From: Octopus vulgaris
Lineage: Eukaryota
Assembly: GCA_951406725.2 (NCBI GenBank)
Contig: OX597829.1
Coordinates: forward strand, 51,460,001 to 51,524,000
Reading direction: 5' to 3'
DNA length: 64,000 bases
Part shown: positions 38,771 through 51,621 of the stretch, one piece after another
How positions within the stretch are numbered: the stretch's first letter is position 1
How the letters are laid out: each line of letters starts with the position of its first letter
The notes under the pieces: model-generated
Told to the model about the DNA's origin: nothing
What the model saw: the letters and a program-made list of their open reading frames with translations, nothing else
Database searches by the model: none
Program-made: the position numbers and the translations under genes

Positions 38771-39370
38771 TGGCGAGCTGGCAGAAACGTTAGAACACCG
38801 GGCGAAATGCATAGCGGTATTTCGTCTGCCGCTACGTTCTGAGTTCAAATTCCACCGAAGTTGACTTTGCCTTTCATCCTTTCGGGGTTGATTAAATAAG
38901 TACCAGTTATGCACTGAGGTCGATATAATCGACTTAATCCATTTGTCTGTCCTTGTTTGTCTTCTCTGTGTTTAGCCCCTTGTGGGTAGCAAAGAAATAG
39001 GTATTTCGTCTGCCGTTACGTTCTGAGCTCAAATTCCGATGAGGTCGACTTTGCCTTTCATCCTTTCCGGGGTCGATAAATTAGGTACCAGTTACGCACT
39101 GATGTCGATATAATCGACTTAATCCATTTGTCTGTCCTTGTTTGTCCTCTCTGTGTTTAGCCCCTTGTGAGTAACAAAGAAATAGGTATTTCGTCTGCTG
39201 TTACGTTCTGAGTTCAAATTCCACCGAGGTTGACTTTGCCTTTCATCCTTTCGGGGTTGATTAAATAAGTACCAGTTATGCACTGGAGTTGATATAATTG
39301 ACTTAGTCCATTTGTCTGTCCTTGTTTATCCCCTCTGTGTGTAGCCCCTTGTGGGCAGTAAAGAAATAAG
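38771..39370 (+). mobile_element. SINE-B head-to-tail trimer (~185-bp units)
   Basis: One head ggcgagctggcagaaacgttag, then three units joined by aaagaaataggtatttcgtctgc. Confidence 0.9.
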
Positions 39371-39541
39371 AAGCAATATTACATTGAAATAGCTTTCTGA
39401 GGTATCATATTTAAATATATATCACTCTATTGACCAGACTATTGGTTGTTGTTAAACATCACTGATCACAATGTGCTTCCTCACTTTGTGAATGGTGCTG
39501 CCCCATTGGCTAAGTAAGCAGGCAGGCCAGTAGTACCTTAA

Positions 39542-40055
39542 CCCTTTCAAACCAGCCATATCTGGCCAAAATATTTAACGTTTTGTGATGAAACTGGCCA
39601 GATCCAGCTTCTCACATCAATCCTACAATGTCATTCGAAAATTAAACAATCACATCATTGAAATCTCAAAGCTATGAGAAAATGCAGGATCAATTCAAAA
39701 CAACATAAATAAACAAACATTATATTTGTGGCCGAAGCCAGTGTCGCCTCGACTGGCTTCCGTGCCGGTGGCACGTAAAATACACCAATCCGACCATGGC
39801 CGTTGCCAGCCTCACCTGGCACCTGTGCAGGTGGCACGTAGAAAGCACCCACTACACTCACGGAGTGGTTGGCGTTAGGAAGGGCATCCAGCTGTAGAAA
39901 CATTGCCAGAAAAGACTGGAGCCTGGTGCAGCCTTCTGGCTTCCCAGATCCCCGGTCGAACTGTCCAACCCATGCTAGCATGGAGAACGGACGTTAAACG
40001 ATGATGATGATGATGATGATGATATATTCGACAGAGTAATATGAACACTAAAGGG
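39542..40055. mobile_element. piggyBac-type MITE (family 2) with a nested family C element (39728-40023)
   Basis: TTAA|CCCTTT...AAAGGG|TTAA. Homologs at ~33000-33433 and ~20620-20833. Confidence 0.75.
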
Positions 40056-40535
40056 TTAAGCAAGTTTTTTCTACTGTGTCTTCGGGCTTGATCAAAAAAG
40101 TCTTATGAGTGAATTTGGTAGATAAAAATTGAAAGAAGCCCATCACACACACACACACACTTACGCGTGTGTGTATGTTTGTGTTTGTGTTTATTCCCCA
40201 CCACCACTTGACAACCGGTGTTGGTGTGTTTACATCCCTGTAACTTAACAGTTCGGCAAAAGAGAACAATAGATTAAGTACCACACTCTGAAAATATTAA
40301 GCACTGGGGTTGCTGTGTTTGACTAAAATTCTTCACGACAGTGCTCCAGCATGACTGCAGTTTAATGACTGAAACAAGTAAAAGTATAAAAGTATAAAAG
40401 ATAAAGGATAAAAAAAAAAGCTAAATCAACTTCAGTGTTTATCCTGGAATAATATCACTTATGGAGTTTTATTCAACTGGCTGGCTAATTGCAACATCAG
40501 TGGTGTTTCAAAACGTTACATTCCTTTATTAGTGA

Positions 40536-40934
40536 CTAGCAGTATCGCCCGGCGTTGCTCGGGTTTGTAAGGGAAATAACTATATAAGCATTTTTAGAGA
40601 TGTAAAGTATAATAGCCATCTCAATATGGCTAACCACAAAGGGGGAGGGGTGTTACTGTAGCTTTTTACGTTCTGAGATTTAATAATACATTTTTAGAGA
40701 GTTACTTCCCTTATATATGCCAAAAATGCATTCAAAATGGGAAAAATTGATTGTAAATTTGTTTTTAAATCGTAGACTCATCATAGACAAGCGCTAATAC
40801 CCAGAAGGGCTCGATATGAATCACGACTATAAGATACCCGGTTTTGGTTAAACTGCACCGCAAAATGTGGGAGTAGTTAGGAATCTAAATTGTAGGAGAC
40901 AGACAGCACACAACCTCTCTTTTATATATAAAGA
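40536..40934 (-). mobile_element. Non-autonomous Helitron
   Basis: Near-identical to 13490-13884, with TC...hairpin-CTAG ends. Confidence 0.88.
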
Positions 40935-41094
40935 TGACAGATTTTGTCAAAGCATGTGGTTGCTTGTGAGTACATTGTCAAAAGAAGTGTTTTGGGGTTG
41001 GGCGAGGGTGAGGGGGTTGTCATGTTGCTGTTGTTGTTGGTTGGTCTGAGGGGATAACTTGTTGAGTTTCTCAATATAAACGTATTTCTAAGAT

Positions 41095-41305
41095 GCTGAG
41101 CTGGCAGAAACGTTAGCATGCCGGGCAAAATGCTTAGCGGTATTTCGTCTATCTTTACATTCTGAGTTCAAATTCCACTGAGGTCGACTTTGCCTTTCGT
41201 CCTTTCGAGGTCAATAAATAAAGTACCAGTTGTGTACTGGGGTCAATCTAATCGACTGGCCCCCTCCCCCAAAATTTCGGGCCTTGTGCCTAGAGTAGAA
41301 AAGAA
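41095..41305 (+). mobile_element. SINE-B variant with an alternative tail (ggccttgtgcctagagtagaaaag)
   Basis: Same head and core as SINE-B but a different 3' end. The same tail occurs at 56775-56900. Confidence 0.8.
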
Positions 41306-41789
41306 TATAAATGTATTTCTGAGTGTGTGTTAGGAAATAACTGACCACACCTGAAAGCAATTAACAGAACATGCCCAGACAAAATCCAACGAGGCTGAAA
41401 TGTACATCCCACATTCTCACTACAGTTGTTGGATAATTTTCCTCTGCTAATTTATGTATATATTTGCATCATTAAACACAGCACATCAGTAAGAGATTCT
41501 ATCTCCAGATAAACACTGCTGTTAATCTGATATTATCCTTTATCTTTTACTTGCTTCAGTCATTAGACTGCAGCCATTGTAGGGAACAACCTTGAAGAAT
41601 CTTTCATTAAATGAATCAACACCAGTATTTATTCTTATTTTTGTAATCCTGGTACTTACTCTATCGGCCTCTTTTGCTGAACTGCTAAGTTATGGAAATG
41701 TAAGTTTAATAATAATACCTGTTGTCAAGCCGTGGTGGGAGACAATCATATACAAGAACACACACAAACACATGTCTCTATATATATAT

Positions 41790-41834
<45 letters not shown>

Positions 41835-41860
41835 CATATACATATATATACATATATATA

Positions 41861-41915
<55 letters not shown>

Positions 41916-42129
41916 ACTATATATATCCAAATCTGATTTTTCTGATTTGGATATTCATATATATATATGTACATATATATATATATATATAGAAGAAATG
42001 GGGTAATCAGAAGATCGGATGGTTTATATTTACAGATATTTATTTATATATTACATTTTTTACATATATATCATATCACTTAGATCATTACCGCTTTCTC
42101 CCATTCTAGTGGGGTTTTATATATGCCAG

Positions 42130-42716
42130 TGGGTGTAACCAGCCCATTTATGAATACCCCTCATTCATTGAACAATAAACACTGTTTGTGAAGACCTATT
42201 GAGGCAAATGAAATCAAAATCAAAATTGCTGACGTAGCCGATGACAGTACCGCCTGATTGGCACTTGTGCCAGTGGAACGTTAAAAGTAAATCTGAATGT
42301 GGGGTGTAGCCGGCCCACTTAGGAGTACCCCTCATTCATCGGACAATGAACTTTGCTTGCGAAGACCTATTGAAGCAAGTGTAAACAAACCAAAATCGCT
42401 GACGCGACCGATGACAGTAGCGCCTAATTGGCACTCATGCCAGTGGAACATTAAAAGCACATCCGAGTGTGATTGTTGCCAGGGGCCTCAGATTGGCTCC
42501 TCTGCCGGTGACACATGAAAAGCATCATTGTGCCAGCGACATGTAAAAAGCACCCACTGCACTCTTGGAGTGGTTGGTGTTAGGAAGGGCATCCAGCTGT
42601 AGAAACTTTGCCAGACTAGATTGGAGCCTGGTGCAGTCTCTGGCTCACCAGTCCTCAGTCAAACTGTCCAACCCATGCCAGCATGGAAAGCAGTCATAAA
42701 TGATGATGATGATGAT
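42130..42716 (+). mobile_element. Family C element with duplicated internal module
   Basis: tacccctcattcat...gaagacctattga occurs twice, followed by the RTE-type tail and (GAT)n. Confidence 0.75.
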
Positions 42717-42732
42717 GTATATATATATATAT

Positions 42733-43590
<858 letters not shown>

Positions 43591-43601
43591 TAAATAATAA
43601 T

Positions 43602-43916
43602 GAGAACAGAGATTTATATATCCAGTTTTATTCTGCAGCCAATCACATCTTTCCATTTCTGAACTGACATATGTTTCTGCTGCAACTCAGTCCACACTGC
43701 AAAATTTTCCATCTTGCTGTGCAGTCTGGTGTTAACTGCTGCTTCTTCAAGGTGCTATTAACTGCATTTCAAATCCCATCTGAACTAAATGCAATTAACA
43801 CCAAGACGCATAATTCTGCAGGGTGCACAAAATTGCAGCAGAAATATATGTAGGTGCAAAATTGGAAAGACATGATTGATTGTGGAATTAAAATGTATAT
43901 ACAAATCTCTGTTCTC
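43602..43916. mobile_element. Old palindromic MITE
   Basis: gagaacagagattt ... aaatctctgttctc termini, with internal inverted matches (tttctgctgcaa / ttgcagcagaaa). Confidence 0.7.
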
Positions 43917-43953
43917 CTTAATTATTAATTTATCATTTCTTCTCTGCCAACAG

Positions 43954-44048
43954 CATGCAGTCACTGTAGAGACATATGGATTTACCGATGTGAAGACTTA
44001 CTAAGGATAGTAAAACAACCTAACTGGAGATTTTCTACACTCACAGAG
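43954..44048 (+). CDS. Candidate exon 4 ((A)CSHCRDIWIYRCEDLLRIVKQPNWRFSTLTE)
   Basis: Strong acceptor catttcttctctgccaacag|, open in phase 1-0, weak donor GAG|GTTAAC. Confidence 0.4.
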
Positions 44049-44159
44049 GTTAACCAGTATTATTAACCAGTAAAAGTGAATATGGCACCCGCTAGGATTC
44101 TACCAACCTAATTTGGAAATTTACTTTCTCCATTTTCTTTCTTTCAATATATATATATA

Positions 44160-44825
44160 TATCTCTTATTATAAAAGGCAGATTTTATCTGCCTCCCTTT
44201 GGGAGTTATACAAATCTACAATATAGGATTTCTTCAATTACAATTTACCTAGCATTTTTGAGAGTACAATGCATCGCGTCATGCCAGGTCCAGTTTTAAA
44301 ATTTAAACTCCAATTAAGCAAAATTTACAGAAAACTCACATTCTGGTGTGTGTGTCAAATGCTTTTCTTAGTCTGGTTTACACCACACGCAAACGCACAC
44401 ACACAGTGGGCAACGAATAAAATGAAAGTAAATAGCGACAGAGTGATTTGAGGAAGACTAAAGTGAAAGTATTCTGTCTATGACGCTGATAGATACATGA
44501 GTAAAATGTATGGGAAGCTAAGAGCTAAGAGTGAGTGAAAATGTTCTTGGAAGAGAGTAATCTCTTATTATAAAAGGCAGATTTTATCTGCCTCCCTTTG
44601 GGAGTTATACAAATCTACAATATAGGATTTCTTCAATTACAATTTACCTAGCATTTTTGAGAGTACAATGCATCGCGTCATGCCAGGTCCAGTTTTTAAA
44701 ATTTAAACTCCAATTAAGCAAAATTTACAGAAAACTCACATTCTGGTGTGTGTGTCAAATGCTTTTCTTAGTCTGGTTTACACCACACGCAAACGCACAC
44801 ACACAGTGGGCAACGAATAAAATGA
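44160..44825 (+). repeat. ~265-bp direct duplication (44160-44425 and 44560-44825) with a Helitron-like 5' end
   Basis: Both copies start atctcttattataaaaggcag and are nearly identical. Confidence 0.85.
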
Positions 44826-44926
44826 TAGTAATTCACTTACTGTAGTGAGTGATTCTTTCACTCTGCCTCCCACTTCCTCTTTCAACACATAGACACGCAA
44901 ATATATAAATAAAATTGTAAGCTAAC

Positions 44927-44968
<42 letters not shown>

Positions 44969-45062
44969 GTGCGTGTGTGTGTGTGTGTGTGTGCGTGTGC
45001 GTGAGTGTGTGACAGGAAAGTTTTTTACGACGAATATAACACCTATATCCAAGTAGCAGAAA

Positions 45063-45328
45063 GATAAGACAGTAAGGTGTGATTTGAGGGAGATTTGGCT
45101 GCTATTTCTACCATGTCTAGCTGCCATGTAGGGGTCTCCCTCATAGGCTCATACATACATATATACATAGATAAGACAGTAAGGTGTGATTTGGGGGAAA
45201 TTTGGCTGCTATTTCTACCAGGTCTAGCTACCATGTAGAGGTCCCCCTCATTGGCTCATATATATATACATACATAAGACAGTAAGGTGTGATTTGAGGG
45301 AGATTTGGCTGCTGTTTCTACCAGGTCT
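45063..45328. repeat. ~105-bp tandem repeat (2.5 units) of a dispersed aaggtgtgatttgagggagatttggctgctatttcta element
   Basis: ataagacagtaaggtgtg occurs three times. Related pieces lie at ~430, 6385, 32300 and 60400. Confidence 0.8.
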
Positions 45329-45651
45329 GTTAGGCCTTCTCATGTAAACTCAAGCTTTCTCATGCCTTGAACATAAGACCAAAGCAGAGAATGTATTCTT
45401 TTATTCTTCTGCTTTTTCCAGCCATTGGTCTGTGGCCATGCTGGGGCAATGCCTTGAAGAATTGTAGTTTAATGAATCAACTCCACTTTTATTTTTGTAA
45501 GCATTGTACTTATTCTATCTGTTTCCTTTGTCAAACCACTAGGTGACAGGGATGTAAACAAACCAACATTCGTTGTCAAGCAGTGGTGGAGGACAATCAC
45601 AAGCACAGACACGCACACACACACACATACATGCATACACATATACACACA

Positions 45652-45683
<32 letters not shown>

Positions 45684-45710
45684 CATATATATATATGTGT
45701 GTATATATAT

Positions 45711-46029
45711 ATTGCAGCGTGGAAGGTGTTTGTAAGCCATTTAAGAAACACACAAAAACCGTTAGATTCACTTCAACATTTAAATTTAATTTGCCAAAAT
45801 ATTTTCCTCGCTTTGAGACTGCGACCTGTTCACTGACAAAAATATCGTGCTAACAGGTCGCGGTCTCAAAGCGACGAAAATATTTTGACAAATTAAATTT
45901 AAATGTTGAAGTGAATCTAACGTTTTTGTGTCTTTCTTAAATGGCTTATAAACACCTTCAACGCTGCAACTGTTTTCGTTCCAGCACACGATCTCAGATC
46001 AAGTCACTTGCTATGCAAGTACATCTCTG
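45711..46029. repeat. Long fold-back repeat element, copy 2
   Basis: ~120-bp inverted arms, homologous to 22727-23037. Confidence 0.9.
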
Positions 46030-46131
46030 TAACTATATATATATTTATATATATATATATATGTATATTGGTAAAAACAGTAAGATAACAAAAGAAAGAA
46101 AGAGACCTCAATATTATGTAAATAGAGGAAA

Positions 46132-46525
46132 TCTTTATATATAAAAGTGAGGTTGTGTGTCTGTCTCCTACGATTTAGATTCCTAACTACTCCCACATTT
46201 TGCGGTGCAGTTTAACCAAAACCGGGTATCTTATAGTCGTGATTCATATCGAGACCGTCTGGGTATTAGCGCGCGTCTACGATGAGTCTACGATTTAAAA
46301 AAAATTTACCATCAATTTTTCCCATTTTAAATCCATTTTTGACATATATAAGGGAAGTAACTCTCTAAAATTTATTATTAAATCTCAGAACGTAAAAAGC
46401 TAGAGTAACACCCCTCCCCCTTTGTGGTTAGCCATATTGAGATGGCTATTATACTTTACATCTCTAAAAATGCTTATATAATTATTTCCCTTACAAACCC
46501 GAGCAACGCTGGGCGATACTGCTAG
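46132..46525 (+). mobile_element. Non-autonomous Helitron
   Basis: A|TCtttatatataaaag ... cccgagcaacgctgggcgatactgCTAG|T. Confidence 0.88.
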
Positions 46526-46899
46526 TTAGTAATAAAGTAAACATACACTCATACATACATACATACATACATACATACATACATACATACATACATACAC
46601 ACACACATACACACACACATACATACACACACACATACATACATACACACATACATACATACACACATACATACATACATATACATACATACATACACAC
46701 ACACACATACACACACACACAGTATTGAAGCTTGAGAACAATCAGATACATTTGCAACACATCTGTTGAAAATATTATTGTTCACACACATACATATACA
46801 TATATACATACAGACAGACAGACAGATAGACACACACACACACACACACACACACATGATCCAGCATGGCCACAACCTCAAGGCTGAAACATATAAAAG

Positions 46900-47275
46900 A
46901 ATAACAGAATATAAATGTGTGCAAAGTACAAGAAATATTAATGCAGTATATGGGGATTGGACAATAAGCGTAAGGCAGTGTCAATGGTGGTTCCAGAAAT
47001 CCCGAGCCATAAACTACAGCCTAGAAGACGAGCCTCATCCTGAAAGATCTGTAGAACTCGACAAGGACATCCTGAAAACCCTGGTGGAACAAAATATCAT
47101 CGTAACTGTTGAGGAACTAGCAGAGAAGCTTGGATTTGGTCATTCAACCATTCATTGACACCTGTGTGCTATCGGAAAAGTCAGCAAATTGGGTCAATGG
47201 GTTCCTCACGAACTTTCCGAGTCTAATTGCATGCAGAGAGTGAATGTATGCTTTTCTTTGCTGTCATATCTCACC
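46900..47275 (+). pseudogene. Mariner (Tc1/mariner, SETMAR-like) transposase N-terminal fragment
   Basis: RNINAVYGD..ISVRQCQWWFQK...SLEDEPH..ELAEKLG..HSTIH*HL..IGKVSKLGQWVPHEL (the WVPHEL motif is diagnostic). Internal stop. Confidence 0.92.
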
Positions 47276-47293
47276 ACTACTGCGCTATGTATA

Positions 47294-47929
47294 TCTATAT
47301 ATATAAAACTGTAGTTGTGTGAGTGTCTGTCCCCTTCGATTTAGATTCCTAACTACTCCCACATTTTGCGGTACAGTTTAACCAAATTCGGGTAGCTTAT
47401 AGTCGTGATTCATATCGAGCCCGTCTGAATATTAGCACGTGTCTACCATGAGTCTACGATTTTTAAAATAATTTAACATCATTTTTTATTCCATTTTAAT
47501 GCATAATTTTTTGTGTGTCGATGGCGGCGGAGTTGGCGTCCACGCTCACACCTGCACCTGTGGGGAAGGGAGTGTAAGGAAATCAACGTCGTAATGCGTT
47601 GTCAAGGAGACCAGTGTTCTTTTAGAACAACGACTTCATGGCTTGAAGACACCAAAGCAGAAATGGCTAAGAAAGCGTCTACATGAGTCTACGATTTAAA
47701 AAAAAATTTACCATCGTTTTTTTTCCATTTTAATGCATTTTTTCGCTATTATATAAGGGAAGTAACTCTCTAAAAATGTCTACGATGAGTCAACGATTTT
47801 AAAAAAATTTACCATCATATTTTTTCCATTTTTAATGCATCTTTTGCTATTTTTTGGCTATAACTCTCTAAAAATGCTTATATAGTTATTTCCCTTACAA
47901 ACCCGAGCAACGCCGGTCGATACTGCTAG
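47294..47929 (+). mobile_element. Non-autonomous Helitron, longer variant with internal repeats and an extra GC-rich segment
   Basis: TC start and hairpin-CTAG end. The gagtctacgattt module is repeated three times. Confidence 0.85.
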
Positions 47930-47961
<32 letters not shown>

Positions 47962-48055
47962 ATCCAAACAAGAAAACACAAAAAAACACAACAGCGCAAG
48001 GGCGTGGAACAAATATAGTATTATTGGACGCTCAGGAAAGAAGGGAAGAAGGAGG

Positions 48056-48090
48056 GTTTAACGTTTCGAGCGGAGCTCTTCGTCGGAAAC
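48056..48090 (-). ncRNA. Minimal type I hammerhead ribozyme (U4C variant) in a ~200-bp repeat (47957-48162)
   Basis: gttt-CCGACGA-a-gagc-tcc-gctc-GAAA-cg-T-T-aaac. Stem I gttt/aaac, stem II 4 bp, palindromic AACGTT in place of stem III. Confidence 0.7.
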
Positions 48091-48161
48091 ATAGGAGAAG
48101 GAAAGATCTAGAGAAGGGAAGACAGAGGAAAAAAAATCGCCAACGGTACACACGAGGTCAT

Positions 48162-48220
<59 letters not shown>

Positions 48221-48459
48221 TATACATATACACTCACACAATGGTTTTCTATCAGTTTTCTTCAACCAAATCCACTCATAAGGCTTTGGTTGGCCCAAGA
48301 TGCCACACAGTAGGACTGAACCTGGAACCATGTGGGTTGGAAGTAAACTTCTTACCACACAACCATGCCTCCTTTACATGAAATATTTACACGAACTATG
48401 ATATACAGATGGCTATGTATTTTTACAGAGAAATCTAATATGCAAGCTGTTTTATACAG

Positions 48460-48588
48460 GACTACTTGAACAGAGCTGACCTGGAGATATACTACAACGA
48501 CAATTATTGCAACAATGACGGTAATAAAAACCTCCATTCACCTGTTGTTTCAACAGAACATACAATGCCTCAGTTATTCAAATTTTAG
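48460..48588 (+). CDS. Candidate exon 5 (DYLNRADLEIYYNDNYCNNDG...QLFKF*); may instead end at a donor at 48520
   Basis: Acceptor gttttatacag|, phase 0 fits exon 4, and CpGs are retained within CpG-poor surroundings. Confidence 0.35.
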   Translation, partial: DYLNRADLEIYYNDNYCNNDGNKNLHSPVVSTEHTMPQLFKF

Positions 48589-48850
48589 TGCTCAATGTTT
48601 TTGTCCTATTGTCATTTATACAAAGATTTGCAATCTAAAACTATAATGACTTCATTGTTTTTCTGTTACCTTTTCTGAATCTTACACTTTGTTCTTCGTT
48701 CTATTTCTGTCCATTGCTTACAAAACCCATGTCTGTGTGTGTATGTGTATGTGTGCGTCTTATATATTATGTATGATATAAAAACACGCGCACATATACA
48801 TTATATATGTGTTCGTGTGTGTGTGTGTGCGTGTATGTATATATGCATGC

Positions 48851-48883
<33 letters not shown>

Positions 48884-49029
48884 AGTGTCTATGTATGTAT
48901 GTATGTGTGTATGTCATTGTTCAGTTTTTATTTCAAGATTTCTTGCCAATAGAGAAAGAGCCGGTTTCTAACCTAGATCCAAGGCTCCTCCATTAGATTT
49001 CCAACATCAACAACAGGGTATTTTTGTTT

Positions 49030-49030
49030 G

Positions 49031-49062
<32 letters not shown>

Positions 49063-49254
49063 AGTATGTATGTATGTATGTATGTATGCATGTATGTATG
49101 TATGTATGCATGTATGTATGTGTGTGTATGTGTGTATGTATGTATGTATGTATGTATGTATGTATGTATGTATGTATGTATGTATGTATGTTTGTATGTA
49201 TGTATGTATGTATGTATGTATGTATGTATGTATGTATGTATGTATGTATGTATG

Positions 49255-49285
<31 letters not shown>

Positions 49286-49346
49286 GTATGTATGTATGTA
49301 TGTATGTATGTATGTATTAATGTATGTATGTATGTATGTATGTATG

Positions 49347-49377
<31 letters not shown>

Positions 49378-49497
49378 GTATGTATGTATGTATGTATGTA
49401 TGTATGTATGTATGTATGTATGTATGTATGTATGTGTGTATGTATGTATGTATGTATGTATGTATGTATGTATGTATGTATGTATGTATATGTGTAT
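49030..49497. repeat. (TATG)n microsatellite
   Basis: Directly visible. Confidence 0.97.
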
Positions 49498-49596
49498 AGT
49501 TAATTTAAACATGAACAATGAGAAAACACAATAACATGAGGATGTGGAACAAGTATAGTGTTATTGGACACTCAGGGAAGGAAAGTAAAAAGGAGG

Positions 49597-49629
49597 ATTT
49601 TATCGTTAGTGGAGCTCTTCGTCAGAAAT
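49597..49629 (-). ncRNA. Decayed hammerhead copy in the third member of the repeat (49497-49703)
   Basis: attt-CTGACGA-agagctccact-aacg. The CGA of the GAAA segment is deleted. Confidence 0.5.
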
Positions 49630-50964
49630 GTCGAAAAAGGAAAGGTCCAAGGAAGGGAAGACAGAGAAAAAAAATCGCCAACGATACACACACGGTCACA
49701 TATTGAAAAGGATGTATGTATGTATATATATGTACAGATTTGTATGTTTTGTTTTATGTATGTATTCTCATGCATACAGTTGCATATCTAGCTGAAAATT
49801 TCAAACATGCATGTATGTATATATGTATACGTAAGTGAAAAGAAAAAAACAGAAACAAAAGAAAATAATACTCAAAAAATTTGGTTGCAGTTATATTTAT
49901 TTAATAGCAGTTTGACTCAGTTCCACATTACTCAAAGTTTCACAGGTGTAGGATATGTCCACCTTGTCAGATATTGGCAGGAATGTGAAGAGAATTTAAA
50001 AGAAATTTTAAATGGTTGCTAGTTATTTAGTCCTTTTGTTGCCATATTTCTTTTGAGATTCTCTGTGTTTCTTTCAATTAATTTTAAATATAATAAAGAA
50101 TTTAGTAAAATAACTTAATTGTCATTAAGCTAGTGTTAGGAACATAAATTATGACTAAGGTTTGGTGGCAGATTTTAATTCAAAACTTTTGAAAGCAAAG
50201 AGCCAGAGGCAGTTCCAGGTAAATTGGTATCATAAGGATTAATGTTCCAATGCCATACAGAAACACAATGGCTGGTTAAAGAATGTTGAAGTAACAGTTA
50301 TTTCCACACATCCAAAAAAAAAAAGATCCAAGTTCGTGGAGGCTATACAAATGTTGATTCTGCCCTTTCCCTTATACTGTTGAAATAATTTATGAATGGT
50401 GCAGCAATTCCTGCTTAACATCAACCAATCACCACACTAATATAAAATAGGGTCACTATAAGATTAAAACCACTTGAAGTCACTCACCACACACACACAT
50501 TTTTTTATATCACTTTTTGGTAGCAACAACAAAGAAAGCAACATGAATAAAAACTAAAGTCATAACGCATCACTGCACATGCTTGCCATAGAGGTGAAAC
50601 TGGGTTTTTTTTTTCTTTTTTGGAGGGGGTTCCTTTATGGGGGCACATACTCACAGCCACCCACATGCTTGAACAAGAATTCATCAATTGTATATGCTGG
50701 ATGTTTATTGAATTGGGAAACTATTTACAACATCAGCTGTTGTCCGGTTTATGCTTTCCTATATGACAAAGGACAAATTCTCCTTTGATCATGTGACTGG
50801 CTGCAAGCACCTGTCATTGAAAAGGTCCAAAAAGGTCTCAAACTGCATCTGGCCACTGCTCAGATAAAATTTTTATCTCCCTCTGACATTTAATGTGTTT
50901 TTAACACCTGAAATCCATAAGACATTCTCCAGAGTAAATCCTGCAGTAACTGGTTTATCAACAA

Positions 50965-51200
50965 CCAGCAGTATCGCCCGGCGTTGCTCGGGTTTGTAAG
51001 GGAAATAACTATATAAGCATTTTTAGAGATGTAAAGTATAATAGCCATCTCAATATGGCTAACCATAAAGGGAAGGGGGGGTATTACTGTAGCTTTTTAC
51101 GTTCTGAGATTTAATAATACAGTTTTAGAGAGTTACTTCCCTTATATAATAGCAAAAAAATACATTAAAAATGGGAAAAAATTTTGGTAAAATTTTTTTT
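50965..51200 (-). mobile_element. Partial Helitron (3' part)
   Basis: Homologous to 40536-40760. Confidence 0.8.
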
Positions 51201-51469
51201 AATGTGTGTGTGTGTGTATGTCTTTTACCTCCTTCTTGTTTCACTCATTAGACTGTGGCCATGCTGGTGCACCACCTTGAAGGGTTTAATTCTTTTTAAG
51301 TCAATCACTTTTGCCAAACTGCTAGGTCACAGGAACATAAACATAAACAACACTGGTTCTCAAGAGTTGTAGGGACAAACACGAATATGCACATAACCCT
51401 CCTTACACACAGACACACACACACACATACAATGTAGTTTCACATACTTTCTTATTTCTTTTTTGCCCA

Positions 51470-51615
51470 CAAGTGTTTATTGCTCCTGAGCATCTGCCAC
51501 ATACAAAAACTATCTTTCCAGTTAGCCTTCCTTAGTTATTGCTGCACCTCTTATGTGTCCATAGCTTACACTGGGTACATTTTATAGAGTTTCTTCCTAC
51601 GTCTTTTCTACAGAT
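51470..51615 (-). pseudogene. RTE LINE PHD-like region fragment
   Basis: ICRKDVGRNSIKCTQCKLWTHKRCS..FVCGRCSG. Confidence 0.8.
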
Positions 51616-51621
51616 ATAAAA

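Noticed and set aside
42085-42122. Hammerhead half (ccca-ctagaa-tggg-a-GAAA-gcggt on the minus strand)
   Set aside because: CUGANGA is absent.
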